Positions 27,834 to 37,500 of a stretch of 64,000 nucleotides of DNA are shown piece after piece; position 1 is the first letter of the stretch, and each line of letters begins with the position of its first letter. Source of the DNA: a virus; the IMG/VR virus record IMGVR_UViG_3300042308_000216, positions 1 through 64,000 of that record. The stretch is one strand, 5' to 3'. The notes beneath the pieces were generated by a model. That model was not told the origin of the DNA. It did no database searches and saw only the letters and a list, made by a program, of their open reading frames with translations. A program made the translations under genes and the position numbers.

Positions 27834-28304
27834 ATGAAGAAATTCTTACTCTGTCTGCCATTATTGTTGGTATTTACTTTCATAGGAGGTAATCAACCTG
27901 GTCCTTATATACAAGGAGATATAAGTATACAACCTATTGTAGAAAATGCAGATTTAGATATTAAGTATCAATATATAAGAAGCATCAAAGTATACTACAA
28001 AGATCCATTAGAAAAACCAATTATATTACAAAACAATGGTGCTATATATAACTATTGCTCAGATTCATCTGTAGTTATCTTTAAATCTGTTGCAGATTCT
28101 ATAAAGATACCTAGTGTTAAAAGAATGTCTTGTGAAATAATGGCTATCATTAACTTAACTAAAAGAGATTCTGAATGGTTAAAGTCACATATTGTTAATG
28201 AGGTTGCAGTAGTAAACACTATAACTGATAACAGGTTTTCTGTTTATATGGATGATACTGAATACTTTAGAAGACTAATGCTTAAATACAATGCAAAGTA
28301 TTAA
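27834..28304 (+). CDS. secreted hypothetical protein
   Basis: MKKFLLCLPLLLVFTF signal-like N-terminus; TATCTTTG at 27822-27829. Confidence 0.6.
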   Translation: MKKFLLCLPLLLVFTFIGGNQPGPYIQGDISIQPIVENADLDIKYQYIRSIKVYYKDPLEKPIILQNNGAIYNYCSDSSVVIFKSVADSIKIPSVKRMSCEIMAIINLTKRDSEWLKSHIVNEVAVVNTITDNRFSVYMDDTEYFRRLMLKYNAKY

Positions 28305-29175
28305 ATGGATACTTCTATTAATAACAAGTATAGGGTTTGCTCAATGTCCAAATATAGGATTTGAAAATAGTAACTTTAGTGGATGGGTAGGTAGCAGAGG
28401 TTCTTGTTGTCCTATAGTTATAACAAATGCAGGTATAGTTTCTAATAGGCATACTATAACATCAGGTACAGCAACAGATACTAATACTTGTAATGTAGTT
28501 CCAATAGTTGCTCCAGGTAGTACTCGTTCTGCTAGATTAGGTAATAATGATGTTAATGCAGAAGCTGAAAGCTTAAGTTATAACTTTACAGTAACACCAA
28601 CATCTAATTTAATTACTTATCAGTATGCTGTAGTGTTTGAAGACCCAGGACATACAGCATCACAGCAACCTAGATTTGAAGCATCAATAGTAAGAGCTAA
28701 TGGAACTGTTGTAGCATGTACACAATTTTTAGCAACTGCAGCTAGTGGATTAGCAGGATTTCAATCTTGTAATAAAGTTGATGTTTTAGGATATCCAATA
28801 GTTGTTAGATATAAAAATTGGAGTACAATAGCTGCAGATGTTTCTGCATATATGGGTCAAACTTTAACTTTAAGATTTAGAACAGGAGATTGTTCACAAG
28901 GTGGGCATTTTGGTTATGCTTATGTAGATGCTAGTTGTGGACCACTGCAATTAGCTATAGATTATTGTGTTAATGATATGTATGCTGTAGTTACTGCACC
29001 ATCAGGATTCTTTTCTTATCTATGGTCTACAGGAGAAACAACACAAACTATTTATGTAAATCCACTGCAAGCTATTACTGTTTCTTGCACTATAACAACT
29101 GCTTTAGGATGCACATCTGTAGTATCTGTACCTATAACACCAGTTGCTAATTTCCCTGCAATATATACCAATTAA
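28291..29175 (+). CDS. secreted Bacteroidota adhesin-like domain protein
   Basis: signal peptide ending FA|Q, CPNIGFE..NFSGW, YQYAVVFEDPGH, GDCSQGGHFGYAYVD and YLWSTGETTQTI motifs typical of T9SS-secreted proteins. Confidence 0.7.
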   Translation: MQSIKWILLLITSIGFAQCPNIGFENSNFSGWVGSRGSCCPIVITNAGIVSNRHTITSGTATDTNTCNVVPIVAPGSTRSARLGNNDVNAEAESLSYNFTVTPTSNLITYQYAVVFEDPGHTASQQPRFEASIVRANGTVVACTQFLATAASGLAGFQSCNKVDVLGYPIVVRYKNWSTIAADVSAYMGQTLTLRFRTGDCSQGGHFGYAYVDASCGPLQLAIDYCVNDMYAVVTAPSGFFSYLWSTGETTQTIYVNPLQAITVSCTITTALGCTSVVSVPITPVANFPAIYTN

Positions 29176-29213
29176 TCGTATTTATTTTATAGTTATCTTT
29201 GTAAAAATACTAT

Positions 29214-29774
29214 ATGAAAAATTTGGTAATGTCAATTATTTTTATATTACTTTGTGTATCAAGTTATGCACAAGTACCTACACCCCTTGTTGCCAATGGG
29301 CAAACTGTCTGTGTAGGTGCTAACCACCATTATGGTGATCAAGTAATTACACCATCATCTAACTATGCATTTAGTATAACTCCTGTACAAGCATTTAGTG
29401 TTGTAGGAAAACAAATAAATATTACTTGGACTGTTCAAGGAGTATATACTATGACTATGACAGAGACAACATCTGCAGGGTGTCTATATACAACTACTTG
29501 TATTATCACTGTATTACCACCTATAACAGTAGCATTAGATCCTATTGTTGTATGTCAAGATGGTTTACCACAAACTATAACAGGAACTAACATTGGCTCT
29601 AACCCATCTTTTAGTGGAGTAGGAGTATCTAACAATACATTTAATCCTTCAGGTATATTACCTGGGATATATACTATAAACTTAACTTCAACAACAGCTA
29701 ATGGTTGTGCTACAGTAGGCACCACAACAGCAACAATAAATCCACTACCAACAGGCATTATATATACAGATTAA
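29214..29774 (+). CDS. secreted Ig/PKD-like repeat protein
   Basis: signal peptide ending YA|Q; FSGVGV...FNPS...PG.YTI...NGC repeat; TATCTTTG at 29194-29201. Confidence 0.7.
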   Translation: MKNLVMSIIFILLCVSSYAQVPTPLVANGQTVCVGANHHYGDQVITPSSNYAFSITPVQAFSVVGKQINITWTVQGVYTMTMTETTSAGCLYTTTCIITVLPPITVALDPIVVCQDGLPQTITGTNIGSNPSFSGVGVSNNTFNPSGILPGIYTINLTSTTANGCATVGTTTATINPLPTGIIYTD

Positions 29775-30331
29775 TGAAACTATATGCATTATTTTGTTTA
29801 ATTAGTTTAAATATAAATGCACAAACAATTAGAGAATATGAACTATGCAATGATTATTTAACTAAAGAAATCAGGGCTGTAACTACAAATGCTACTGTAA
29901 GTTGGGAGGTTTCACCTTATGTACCATACCAAGTAAGTAATAATGTTATGACTATTACTTTTAACAGTACAGGTTACTATGTTATAAGTGCTGATTTTAG
30001 AAATGGTGATTGTTATAAAGAAGATAAAATAATAATAATAATAAAAGAATGTACAGAGACTTTTATTTATTTTCCCAATAGTTTTACACCTAATGGAGAT
30101 AATGACAATGAAAGCTTTGGACCAAAAGGAATAAATGTTTATGATTTTAAAATGTATGTATATAACAGATGGGGAGAGTTAATCTTCACTGCAAAAGATA
30201 TAAGTGATAGATGGGATGGCTATTATAAAACTAGAGTATGTCAAAGTGATATCTACGTTTATAAAGCCTTCTATAAAGATAAAAGAGGTAAGGAGTATAA
30301 CAAAATTGGTAAAATAGCACTAATTAAATAA
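29774..30331 (+). CDS. T9SS type-B sorting (gliding-motility-associated C-terminal, CHU_C) domain protein
   Basis: signal peptide NA|Q; IYFPNSFTPNGDNDNESF..YVYNRWGELIF..WDG..DIYVY..GKIALIK; true start 29774 (TAATG overlap). Confidence 0.88.
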   Translation: MKLYALFCLISLNINAQTIREYELCNDYLTKEIRAVTTNATVSWEVSPYVPYQVSNNVMTITFNSTGYYVISADFRNGDCYKEDKIIIIIKECTETFIYFPNSFTPNGDNDNESFGPKGINVYDFKMYVYNRWGELIFTAKDISDRWDGYYKTRVCQSDIYVYKAFYKDKRGKEYNKIGKIALIK

Positions 30332-30339
30332 CCTAACTT

Positions 30340-30654
30340 ATGAACCAGACTCTATTATTAGCCATCATTGCAGCAATATCATCAGTATTAACAATACTAA
30401 TTCCTAAGCTTCTACCATCAACTAGAAGAAAGGATGCTGTAGATATGTATGCAGAACTACAAGAAAAACTATATAGTGAGATAGAAAGACTAGAAAAGAA
30501 AATCTTACAATTAGAAAATAAAGAGAAGGAAGCTTTTGATGTAGAAGAAAAACTCACCAAAAGAATCATGGAATTAGAACAAGAAAATAAAAGACAAGCC
30601 TATGAAATTGAACAACTTAAAGCAGAACTTGCTAAACATGTCAAAAGTAACTAA
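30340..30654 (+). CDS. single-TM coiled-coil protein, holin/antiholin-like
   Basis: N-terminal TM then coiled coil; lysis context. Confidence 0.5.
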   Translation: MNQTLLLAIIAAISSVLTILIPKLLPSTRRKDAVDMYAELQEKLYSEIERLEKKILQLENKEKEAFDVEEKLTKRIMELEQENKRQAYEIEQLKAELAKHVKSN

Positions 30655-30895
30655 AGACTCATTCTTTGAATCTCTCAAAGGCAGTAATGGTAAAATAGAC
30701 CATAAACGATTAACAGTATTAGCTTTTGTATTAGTGTTTATTGGTATAACTATAATAGGCTTGTATAAAAAAACACCTATTGTAAACCAAACACTAATGG
30801 AAACTATACTGTATATAATTGGATCTGTTATATTAGGAGGGATGGGATTAACAAAAATAAAAACAAAAACAGAAACAACCAATGAAACTCAGTAA
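30638..30895 (+). CDS. putative holin (2 TM)
   Basis: GKIDHKR followed by two TM segments, directly upstream of an endolysin; likely start 30638. Confidence 0.6.
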   Translation: MSKVTKDSFFESLKGSNGKIDHKRLTVLAFVLVFIGITIIGLYKKTPIVNQTLMETILYIIGSVILGGMGLTKIKTKTETTNETQ

Positions 30896-31394
30896 AAACT
30901 TCGCATTAGATGAATTAACCAAATCACCATCTGCAACTAGATGGGGCTTTGAAGAACAGTTTACACCTACACAAGATGTAATAGATAACCTTACTTTATT
31001 ATGTGTTAAAGTGTTACAGCCTATTAGAGATATCCTAAAGGATTCAATAACAGTTACATCTGGATATAGATGTCCTAGATTAAATGCTAAAATTGGTGGT
31101 GCCTACACTATTATCAATGGTAAACCTGTACAGAGTTCACAGCATTGCTTTGGACAAGCTGCAGATATTAACTATGTTAAGTCAGATGGAGACCACAATA
31201 ACTTAATCTTAGCAGCAGTCAAAGAACTAATGTCTGACCCTAGCTTTACTTTTGACCAATGTATAGCAGAATTTGGTACAGAGAGTAATCCTGCTTGGGT
31301 ACACATCTCTTATTCTAATAAGAAAAACAGAATGCAAGTTCTTAGAGCATACAAGTCAGGTAAAAAAACTTTATATAAAGAGTGGAAACTATGA
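30882..31394 (+). CDS. endolysin, peptidase M15A family
   Basis: LSKNFALDEL, VTSGYRC..LN..IGG, SQHCFGQAADI, WVHIS zinc-ligand motifs. Confidence 0.9.
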   Translation: MKLSKNFALDELTKSPSATRWGFEEQFTPTQDVIDNLTLLCVKVLQPIRDILKDSITVTSGYRCPRLNAKIGGAYTIINGKPVQSSQHCFGQAADINYVKSDGDHNNLILAAVKELMSDPSFTFDQCIAEFGTESNPAWVHISYSNKKNRMQVLRAYKSGKKTLYKEWKL

Positions 31395-31966
31395 AGAAAC
31401 ATAACACTTGGATAGGTATTGAAGCAGTTATAATTGGATTACTCCTCTTAGTACTATTATTCTTAAAGCAATGTGAGAGTAATGTTGAGGTTGTTAATCC
31501 TGTTAGCAGAGTAGTGTATACAAAAACAGATACAGTTACTATAATTAAAAGAGATACAATTACAAGATATGTTACATTAAAAGTTCCAGTACCAATTCCC
31601 CATGTAACACCTGATGGTGATACACTACAAACTTATGTTCAAGAATATAGTGATAGTATTTTAGATGCTACTTTAACAGCTAAATTAAAAGGTAAGCTTG
31701 ATTCTTGGGATTTTAAATACAAAGCTAAGATTCCTATTACTATAACTAACACAGTAACAGTTACTAATACTATTAAAGAGACTAAAGAAGTCAATGTTCC
31801 TAAGAACATGTTATTTGTTAATGGTGTATTTGTAGGTAACATGAACAACATTGATGGTGGGTTAGGTATATCTTTTTATCATAAAAAGGGTTATATTTAC
31901 CAACTGAATTACCTACCTTTAAGCAGAGGCATTATAGCAGGTATATCATTCCAATTGAATAGATAA
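31391..31966 (+). CDS. spanin-like membrane protein
   Basis: N-terminal TM ending KQC, DTVT/RDTI repeats, beta C-terminus; follows the endolysin. Confidence 0.5.
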   Translation: MKKHNTWIGIEAVIIGLLLLVLLFLKQCESNVEVVNPVSRVVYTKTDTVTIIKRDTITRYVTLKVPVPIPHVTPDGDTLQTYVQEYSDSILDATLTAKLKGKLDSWDFKYKAKIPITITNTVTVTNTIKETKEVNVPKNMLFVNGVFVGNMNNIDGGLGISFYHKKGYIYQLNYLPLSRGIIAGISFQLNR

Positions 31967-31968
31967 CT

Positions 31969-32721
31969 ATGATAACATTAAACCAAATGATTTATCAAAT
32001 CTATGAAGGACTTCAGATTACATCTGATGATACTTCATTAGATAAAAGGTTGATTAAAGATTTGATTAATCAATCAAGAGCTAATTGGATTAGAAAAGAA
32101 CACAATAAGAACAGAAGTATTGATGATAATGTCATCCAAGATTTAGGTTGTATAGACATTGAGCTTACAGATAGGATATCAGCTAATTGCTGTGACATAT
32201 CTACAGATTGTAGGATTCTTAGGTCTAAAAATAAAATACCTAATGCTATTGAGTTAAACCATGAAAAGATAATCACTAGAGTATCAGCAGTAGACTTTAT
32301 GTCTATTCCTGTTATAGTTATGGATTATGATGCTGCTATTTATTTTGGCAATGGTAGATACAATAAAAAAGCTTTAGCTGCTTTTATTAAGAGTAATTAT
32401 TTATACATTATATATAACAAAGGTGCTTACAATATGCTAATTGAAAAATTAAATGTTCAAGGTGTATTTGAAGATCCTACAGAAGCTGCACAATTTGATA
32501 ATGGTTGTGGTGAACCTTGTTTTACTTGGGATTCACGTTATCCTATTAATGCTTGGATGTGGCAGACTTTAGTTAAACCAGAAGTACTTAATGAATTGAG
32601 AGTTAAGAGAACCTTATATAGAGATGATAACAACAATGCTAAGGATGATGCTATTCCATCAGTAGCAGCTAATTTCACACAAGCTGGTACAGATCCTGGT
32701 CAAAGCAGGCAACAAGAATAA
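31969..32721 (+). CDS. tail ring protein
   Basis: QDLGCIDIE, GVFEDPTE, YPI motifs of crAss-like ring proteins; synteny. Confidence 0.65.
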   Translation: MITLNQMIYQIYEGLQITSDDTSLDKRLIKDLINQSRANWIRKEHNKNRSIDDNVIQDLGCIDIELTDRISANCCDISTDCRILRSKNKIPNAIELNHEKIITRVSAVDFMSIPVIVMDYDAAIYFGNGRYNKKALAAFIKSNYLYIIYNKGAYNMLIEKLNVQGVFEDPTEAAQFDNGCGEPCFTWDSRYPINAWMWQTLVKPEVLNELRVKRTLYRDDNNNAKDDAIPSVAANFTQAGTDPGQSRQQE

Positions 32722-33245
32722 TGACAAGAAAAGATTCTAAAAACAAGTTTGATGTACATAATACTTATGAAGATATTTATAAGCATTATAAAGTAAATAC
32801 AGATAAGCCAATAGATAAAGCTAACCATGCTGCAGTATTGGCTGATACTTTTGAAACTCTAATGAACATGGTAATCAAAGATGGTTACTCATTAAAGTTT
32901 CCACACAAGTTTGGAGAATTGGAAATACAAAAGAAAAAACAGAAGATAGTTTATAATGAGAATGGTTCTATAAATAGAATCTGTTATAAAATTGATTGGG
33001 GTGAGACTAAGAAACACTGGCAAACAGTTTATGGTGATATCTCATCTGAAGATTTAAAACAGATTAAGAATAAACCTAAAATCTATTGTAAGAATAAATA
33101 TAGAATGAAGTTTAAATATATTAAAGATAAAGCTGTATATAAAGGTAAGTCAGCAGTAATGTTTATACCAAGTAGAAAATGGTGTAGAGAATTAGCTACT
33201 CATCTTAAAACAAATCCTTATAGAACAGATTATAAAGAACAATGA
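32721..33245 (+). CDS. IHF/HU-like protein of the crAss tail module
   Basis: LKFPHKFGELEIQK and IDWGETKK; conserved position before the ring and muzzle genes. Confidence 0.65.
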   Translation: MTRKDSKNKFDVHNTYEDIYKHYKVNTDKPIDKANHAAVLADTFETLMNMVIKDGYSLKFPHKFGELEIQKKKQKIVYNENGSINRICYKIDWGETKKHWQTVYGDISSEDLKQIKNKPKIYCKNKYRMKFKYIKDKAVYKGKSAVMFIPSRKWCRELATHLKTNPYRTDYKEQ

Positions 33246-33532
33246 TTATAAAATTAAATGCTATGGCAGACAATAAAAAAAGGTGGGAGAAATCAGAAAC
33301 TGCTGATGGAATCACTAAGAGAGTATCAGTTGAACAAGTTGAAAATGGTTACATTGTAACTATGGAAAAATATGGTAGACCATCTATAGATGATGAAGAT
33401 GATAGCAAATATACTAATGATTGCAAGAAATATATTTCTAAGAAAAATCCTCTTGAAGGTATGGCACCTAAGACAGAGAAAGAATCTGTAGAAGATAAAA
33501 TTCTTGATGGACTAGAAAACTTATCCTTTTAA
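33242..33532 (+). CDS. hypothetical acidic protein (start may be 33263)
   Basis: VEQVENGYIV motif; fills the operon gap. Confidence 0.6.
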   Translation: MIIKLNAMADNKKRWEKSETADGITKRVSVEQVENGYIVTMEKYGRPSIDDEDDSKYTNDCKKYISKKNPLEGMAPKTEKESVEDKILDGLENLSF

Positions 33533-33537
33533 TAACT

Positions 33538-34506
33538 ATGGCTACTTCAGGTAAACTTATCAGTTTAAAAACTATTGTAGAGAGAGTCTACATGGATTTT
33601 GGATTCAATTATTCATTATCATTCACAGAAGCTGCTGAATGGGCTGGTAGTTTACTTGCTTTACTTAAAGCTCCTGTAGTATTACAACACCATGTTGAAG
33701 AGATTGTAATTGATGAAGGTAGAGGTAAACTCCCTTGTGATTTAGAATCTATTATACAAACTGCTAGAAAAGTAGAAGGTGTTAGTGATGGTTGTTCTAC
33801 AGGTGTAATTGCTACATTAGATAGAGGTACACAGTATGTAGAAATCTCTGCTATTGATATTGTAAATAGAAAGTTTAAGTTATGTGGTTGTAATGCATTC
33901 ACTACTTGTGATGAGTGTACTACTGTTGAAGGTCCAGATATTCCAGGAAATATTCCTTGTGAACCTCGTAAACCTATTATCAGAAGATATGGTGGTGGTA
34001 CTGAAAGACCTAACTTTAGATTAGAGCCTATGAGATGGGCTACTGATTCTTTTAATAATAGTATGCATTGTACTAATTATGATTATGCTTGTGGTCGTGG
34101 AACTAGTACATATACAGTAAATGGTAATTACATATTTACATCTTTTGACCATGGTTCTGTAATGATGGCTTACTTAGCTATACCTACAGATGAAGAAGGT
34201 TATCCTTTAATTCCTGCAGATGAATGGTGGAGACAAGCAGTACAATATGAAATTGCTTATAAGATTGCAATGAAATTATTTATCCAAGGTAATATTGCAG
34301 ATAAAACATTTCAATACATTGAAAAAGAAAGAGATTGGAAAGTAGGACAAGCTGTTAATAAATCTAAAATGCCTTCTATTGATGAGATGGAATCATTTAA
34401 GAATCAGTGGCTTAGACTTATTCCAAATTATAACAACCATACTACATTCTTTAAGAATATGCAGATGCCAGAGAGAATGTTTAATCATCCATATAGATAC
34501 TTTTAA
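33538..34506 (+). CDS. tail ring / tubular adaptor protein (P22 gp4-like position)
   Basis: LPCDL, YIFTSF..G.V.MAYLAIPTDEEGYPLIP motif typical of crAss ring protein 1; upstream of the muzzle gene. Confidence 0.75.
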   Translation: MATSGKLISLKTIVERVYMDFGFNYSLSFTEAAEWAGSLLALLKAPVVLQHHVEEIVIDEGRGKLPCDLESIIQTARKVEGVSDGCSTGVIATLDRGTQYVEISAIDIVNRKFKLCGCNAFTTCDECTTVEGPDIPGNIPCEPRKPIIRRYGGGTERPNFRLEPMRWATDSFNNSMHCTNYDYACGRGTSTYTVNGNYIFTSFDHGSVMMAYLAIPTDEEGYPLIPADEWWRQAVQYEIAYKIAMKLFIQGNIADKTFQYIEKERDWKVGQAVNKSKMPSIDEMESFKNQWLRLIPNYNNHTTFFKNMQMPERMFNHPYRYF

Positions 34507-34509
34507 TAT

Positions 34510-37500
34510 ATGCCAGCTAGTAAAAATACATGGAATAAGGGACTTAATTCTGATTTATCTAAACTAAAAAGTCAACAAGATAGTTATTTAGATGCTAAGA
34601 ATATTAGAGTACTTACAGATGAAGGTACTTCAAGTTTAGCCATAGAAAATATTAAAGGCACTAAACTTAGTTTTAAATTACCGCAAGTTCAAAAAACTTT
34701 TAAAGTTGATTTTACAGGTGTTGAGGGAAATGTAACTGTTTTTATAGATAGAATAGATACTATTGATGGTTTTGTAATTCAAAATGCAGCAGGAAAATCT
34801 AATCAAATTATTGCTGATGAACTAAATACTTTAATACAAGCATCTACTCTTTTATATGATAATCAATATATTAAAGCATACTACAATAATAACTATATAG
34901 TTATATATGATTTTTTACCGCAGTCAGAAGTTGATGCTGGTATATCTGGTATTAATGTTCAAACAACTCCTTCTGCATCTGTTATTAGAACTAGAGCTGT
35001 ATATAACCATACAATACTTGGTTGGGGATATTATAATGACAACTTAGTTATTATTAGTTGTGATGCAAATAGTAATTCTGAAACTCCTGTTGGAACAGAA
35101 GGTTTTATATGGGATGTTAGATATATTAATCAAGATAATACTATTTCAAATCCTGATGGTGATTATTTAAATCCACTTTACCATCTTAAGTATGCTGGTA
35201 AATTAGATTTATCTAGACAGTATGCTATCTATAAACATTTAAAATGTAGATATGAAAGTTCTGAAATAATAAGATTAGTGTGGACTGATTGGAACAATAA
35301 CCTTAGAACTTGTAATATAGCAGAACCGCAAATATGGGCAACACCTGAAACTGTATTTTCATTTTTACCAGTACATGCACCACAAAAACCTGTAGTATCA
35401 AGAGTTATACTTGGGGGTAATTTACCTGTAGGTAAGTATCAATATTTTTATCAATTATACACTGAGCAAGGAGCTGTATCTACTTACTCTCCTTTAAGTA
35501 ATTTAATTGGATTAAATGCTGGTGATTTAAGCTATGCTCAAAATGGAGGATTACAAGGACAGCCAGCTGGTAAATCTACTGAGATAACTATTATTAATTT
35601 AGATACTAACTATTCTTTTATAAGATTAGGTTATGTTATATATCAAACTGCGGATAATCCAGAGGCTTTTTGGTTTTTTGAAGATATTGTACCTCAAAGT
35701 GGTACATATACTACAACACATAATGGTAATGAAAACGATATACCTATTGAACCATTCTCTGTAATAACTAATTTAAATAAACCACCCAGCATCTTTAAAA
35801 CTATTGATGTAGTTAGAAATAGATTATTTGCAGCCAATGCAAAGACTATAAAATTTGATATGGATGGTGTATTTGATACTAGAGCATATAGATATACTAG
35901 GGTTAGTAAACTTGCTAAATTATATAATGAACAATCAGATGTATTTGGTTTTCCAAGTGTACTTATAAATGGTGCTACAAATACTGTTAGTATTGAAAAT
36001 GTTACACAAACAGGTACTTTTTATGAACAGTTATTAGCAATACCTGATTCTTTTGATTTAATTAATCCATTTAATAATGAAGATCCAACTAATGATTTTA
36101 ATAATAATAATTGGATTACAAACTCACAATTTAAATATCAAAAAGATGGCTTAACTATAGGAGGATCAGGTCCTAACATATCTTATGATTTTTGTATAGC
36201 TAATAACATTGCTGAAACAGGAAACTTTCAACCAACAGGTAGTCCTTATCTAGGACCTAGATTAGATTATAATGGTATTTATGCATCAGAATTTAATGAT
36301 ACATATACTTATGCAGCTGGAGCAAGTCAGTGGTTAGATACACCTAAAAGTCCATTAATTGAAACATTGTTTACAGGATACTCAAGAGGTGAAGTTTATA
36401 GATGGGGTATTGTATTTTTTGATAAATATGGTTTTCCATCTTATGCTAATTGGATAGGAGATATCAAATTTCCATTTTCAACTGATGATAATGGAAATTA
36501 TGGATTAACTAAAGAAACTACAGGAGTTAATGGTAGTCCGTTTTTCCTTATTAATGATCCTACCAAAGTAAAAAGAACATACGGTACTGGACCTGACCCA
36601 TTTAATATATTTAATATAACAAGTAATACTGATATAATTTTAAATGGTAATTTTCTTTGGAATTACAATGCTGTAAATTCTAATAATACATCTTCACAGT
36701 TTTGTGATGAGTTAAATGCTGCTGGTATTGGTTTAACTGCAACAGCTGTTTTTCCATCAGTTTCAAATAGTCCAATTATGATTTCAGGAGCTCCTTCAGG
36801 ATCTACATTATCATTATACAGGCATATTAATCAGGTAGGTAATAGTGGGTCTGATCTTTATTTACTATCTCCTACTAATCCAGTAGAGACACAGCAACTA
36901 GGAATTACATTTTACTTAGATACTACAACTCCTCAATTCCAAGCAATTAAAGATAGTATATCAGGTTGGTCTTATGTTAGAGTAAAGAGAGATGTAGTTA
37001 ATAGTACTAAATTGGGTACAGGATATTTACAACCTACATTCCAACTATTTAACAATTCAAATGCAGAAGATGGCCTTGCTTTAATACCATATGAAAAAGG
37101 ATATATGTCTTCCTATGTACGTACAGGAACAAGTCAACTTAATTCAAGGTGGAATTATCTTGCAAGTAGAGTTAGAGCACAAAACCAAGTTTTTGTAGCC
37201 CCTAATTTTTTAACTAGATCTGTTGGTGGATTTTCACAAAGAGACTACATAAGATTTATAGGAAGAACAAAAGTGTTACCTAATGCAGTAAAATACTGGC
37301 AAGAAATACTTAGTCCTGATTTTAATAACTATGATCCAGGTAATGGAGGTGGTGTTGGTTCTTTTATGTATTATGTAAAATCCAATGACTTTGATTACAA
37401 TTATTTAGATTCAGGAACTACATATCCACCTTCATCAATAGCTACAACAAGTAATTATTTAAATGTTAATAGTACTTGGGAAGTAAAGGCTAGATTATGG

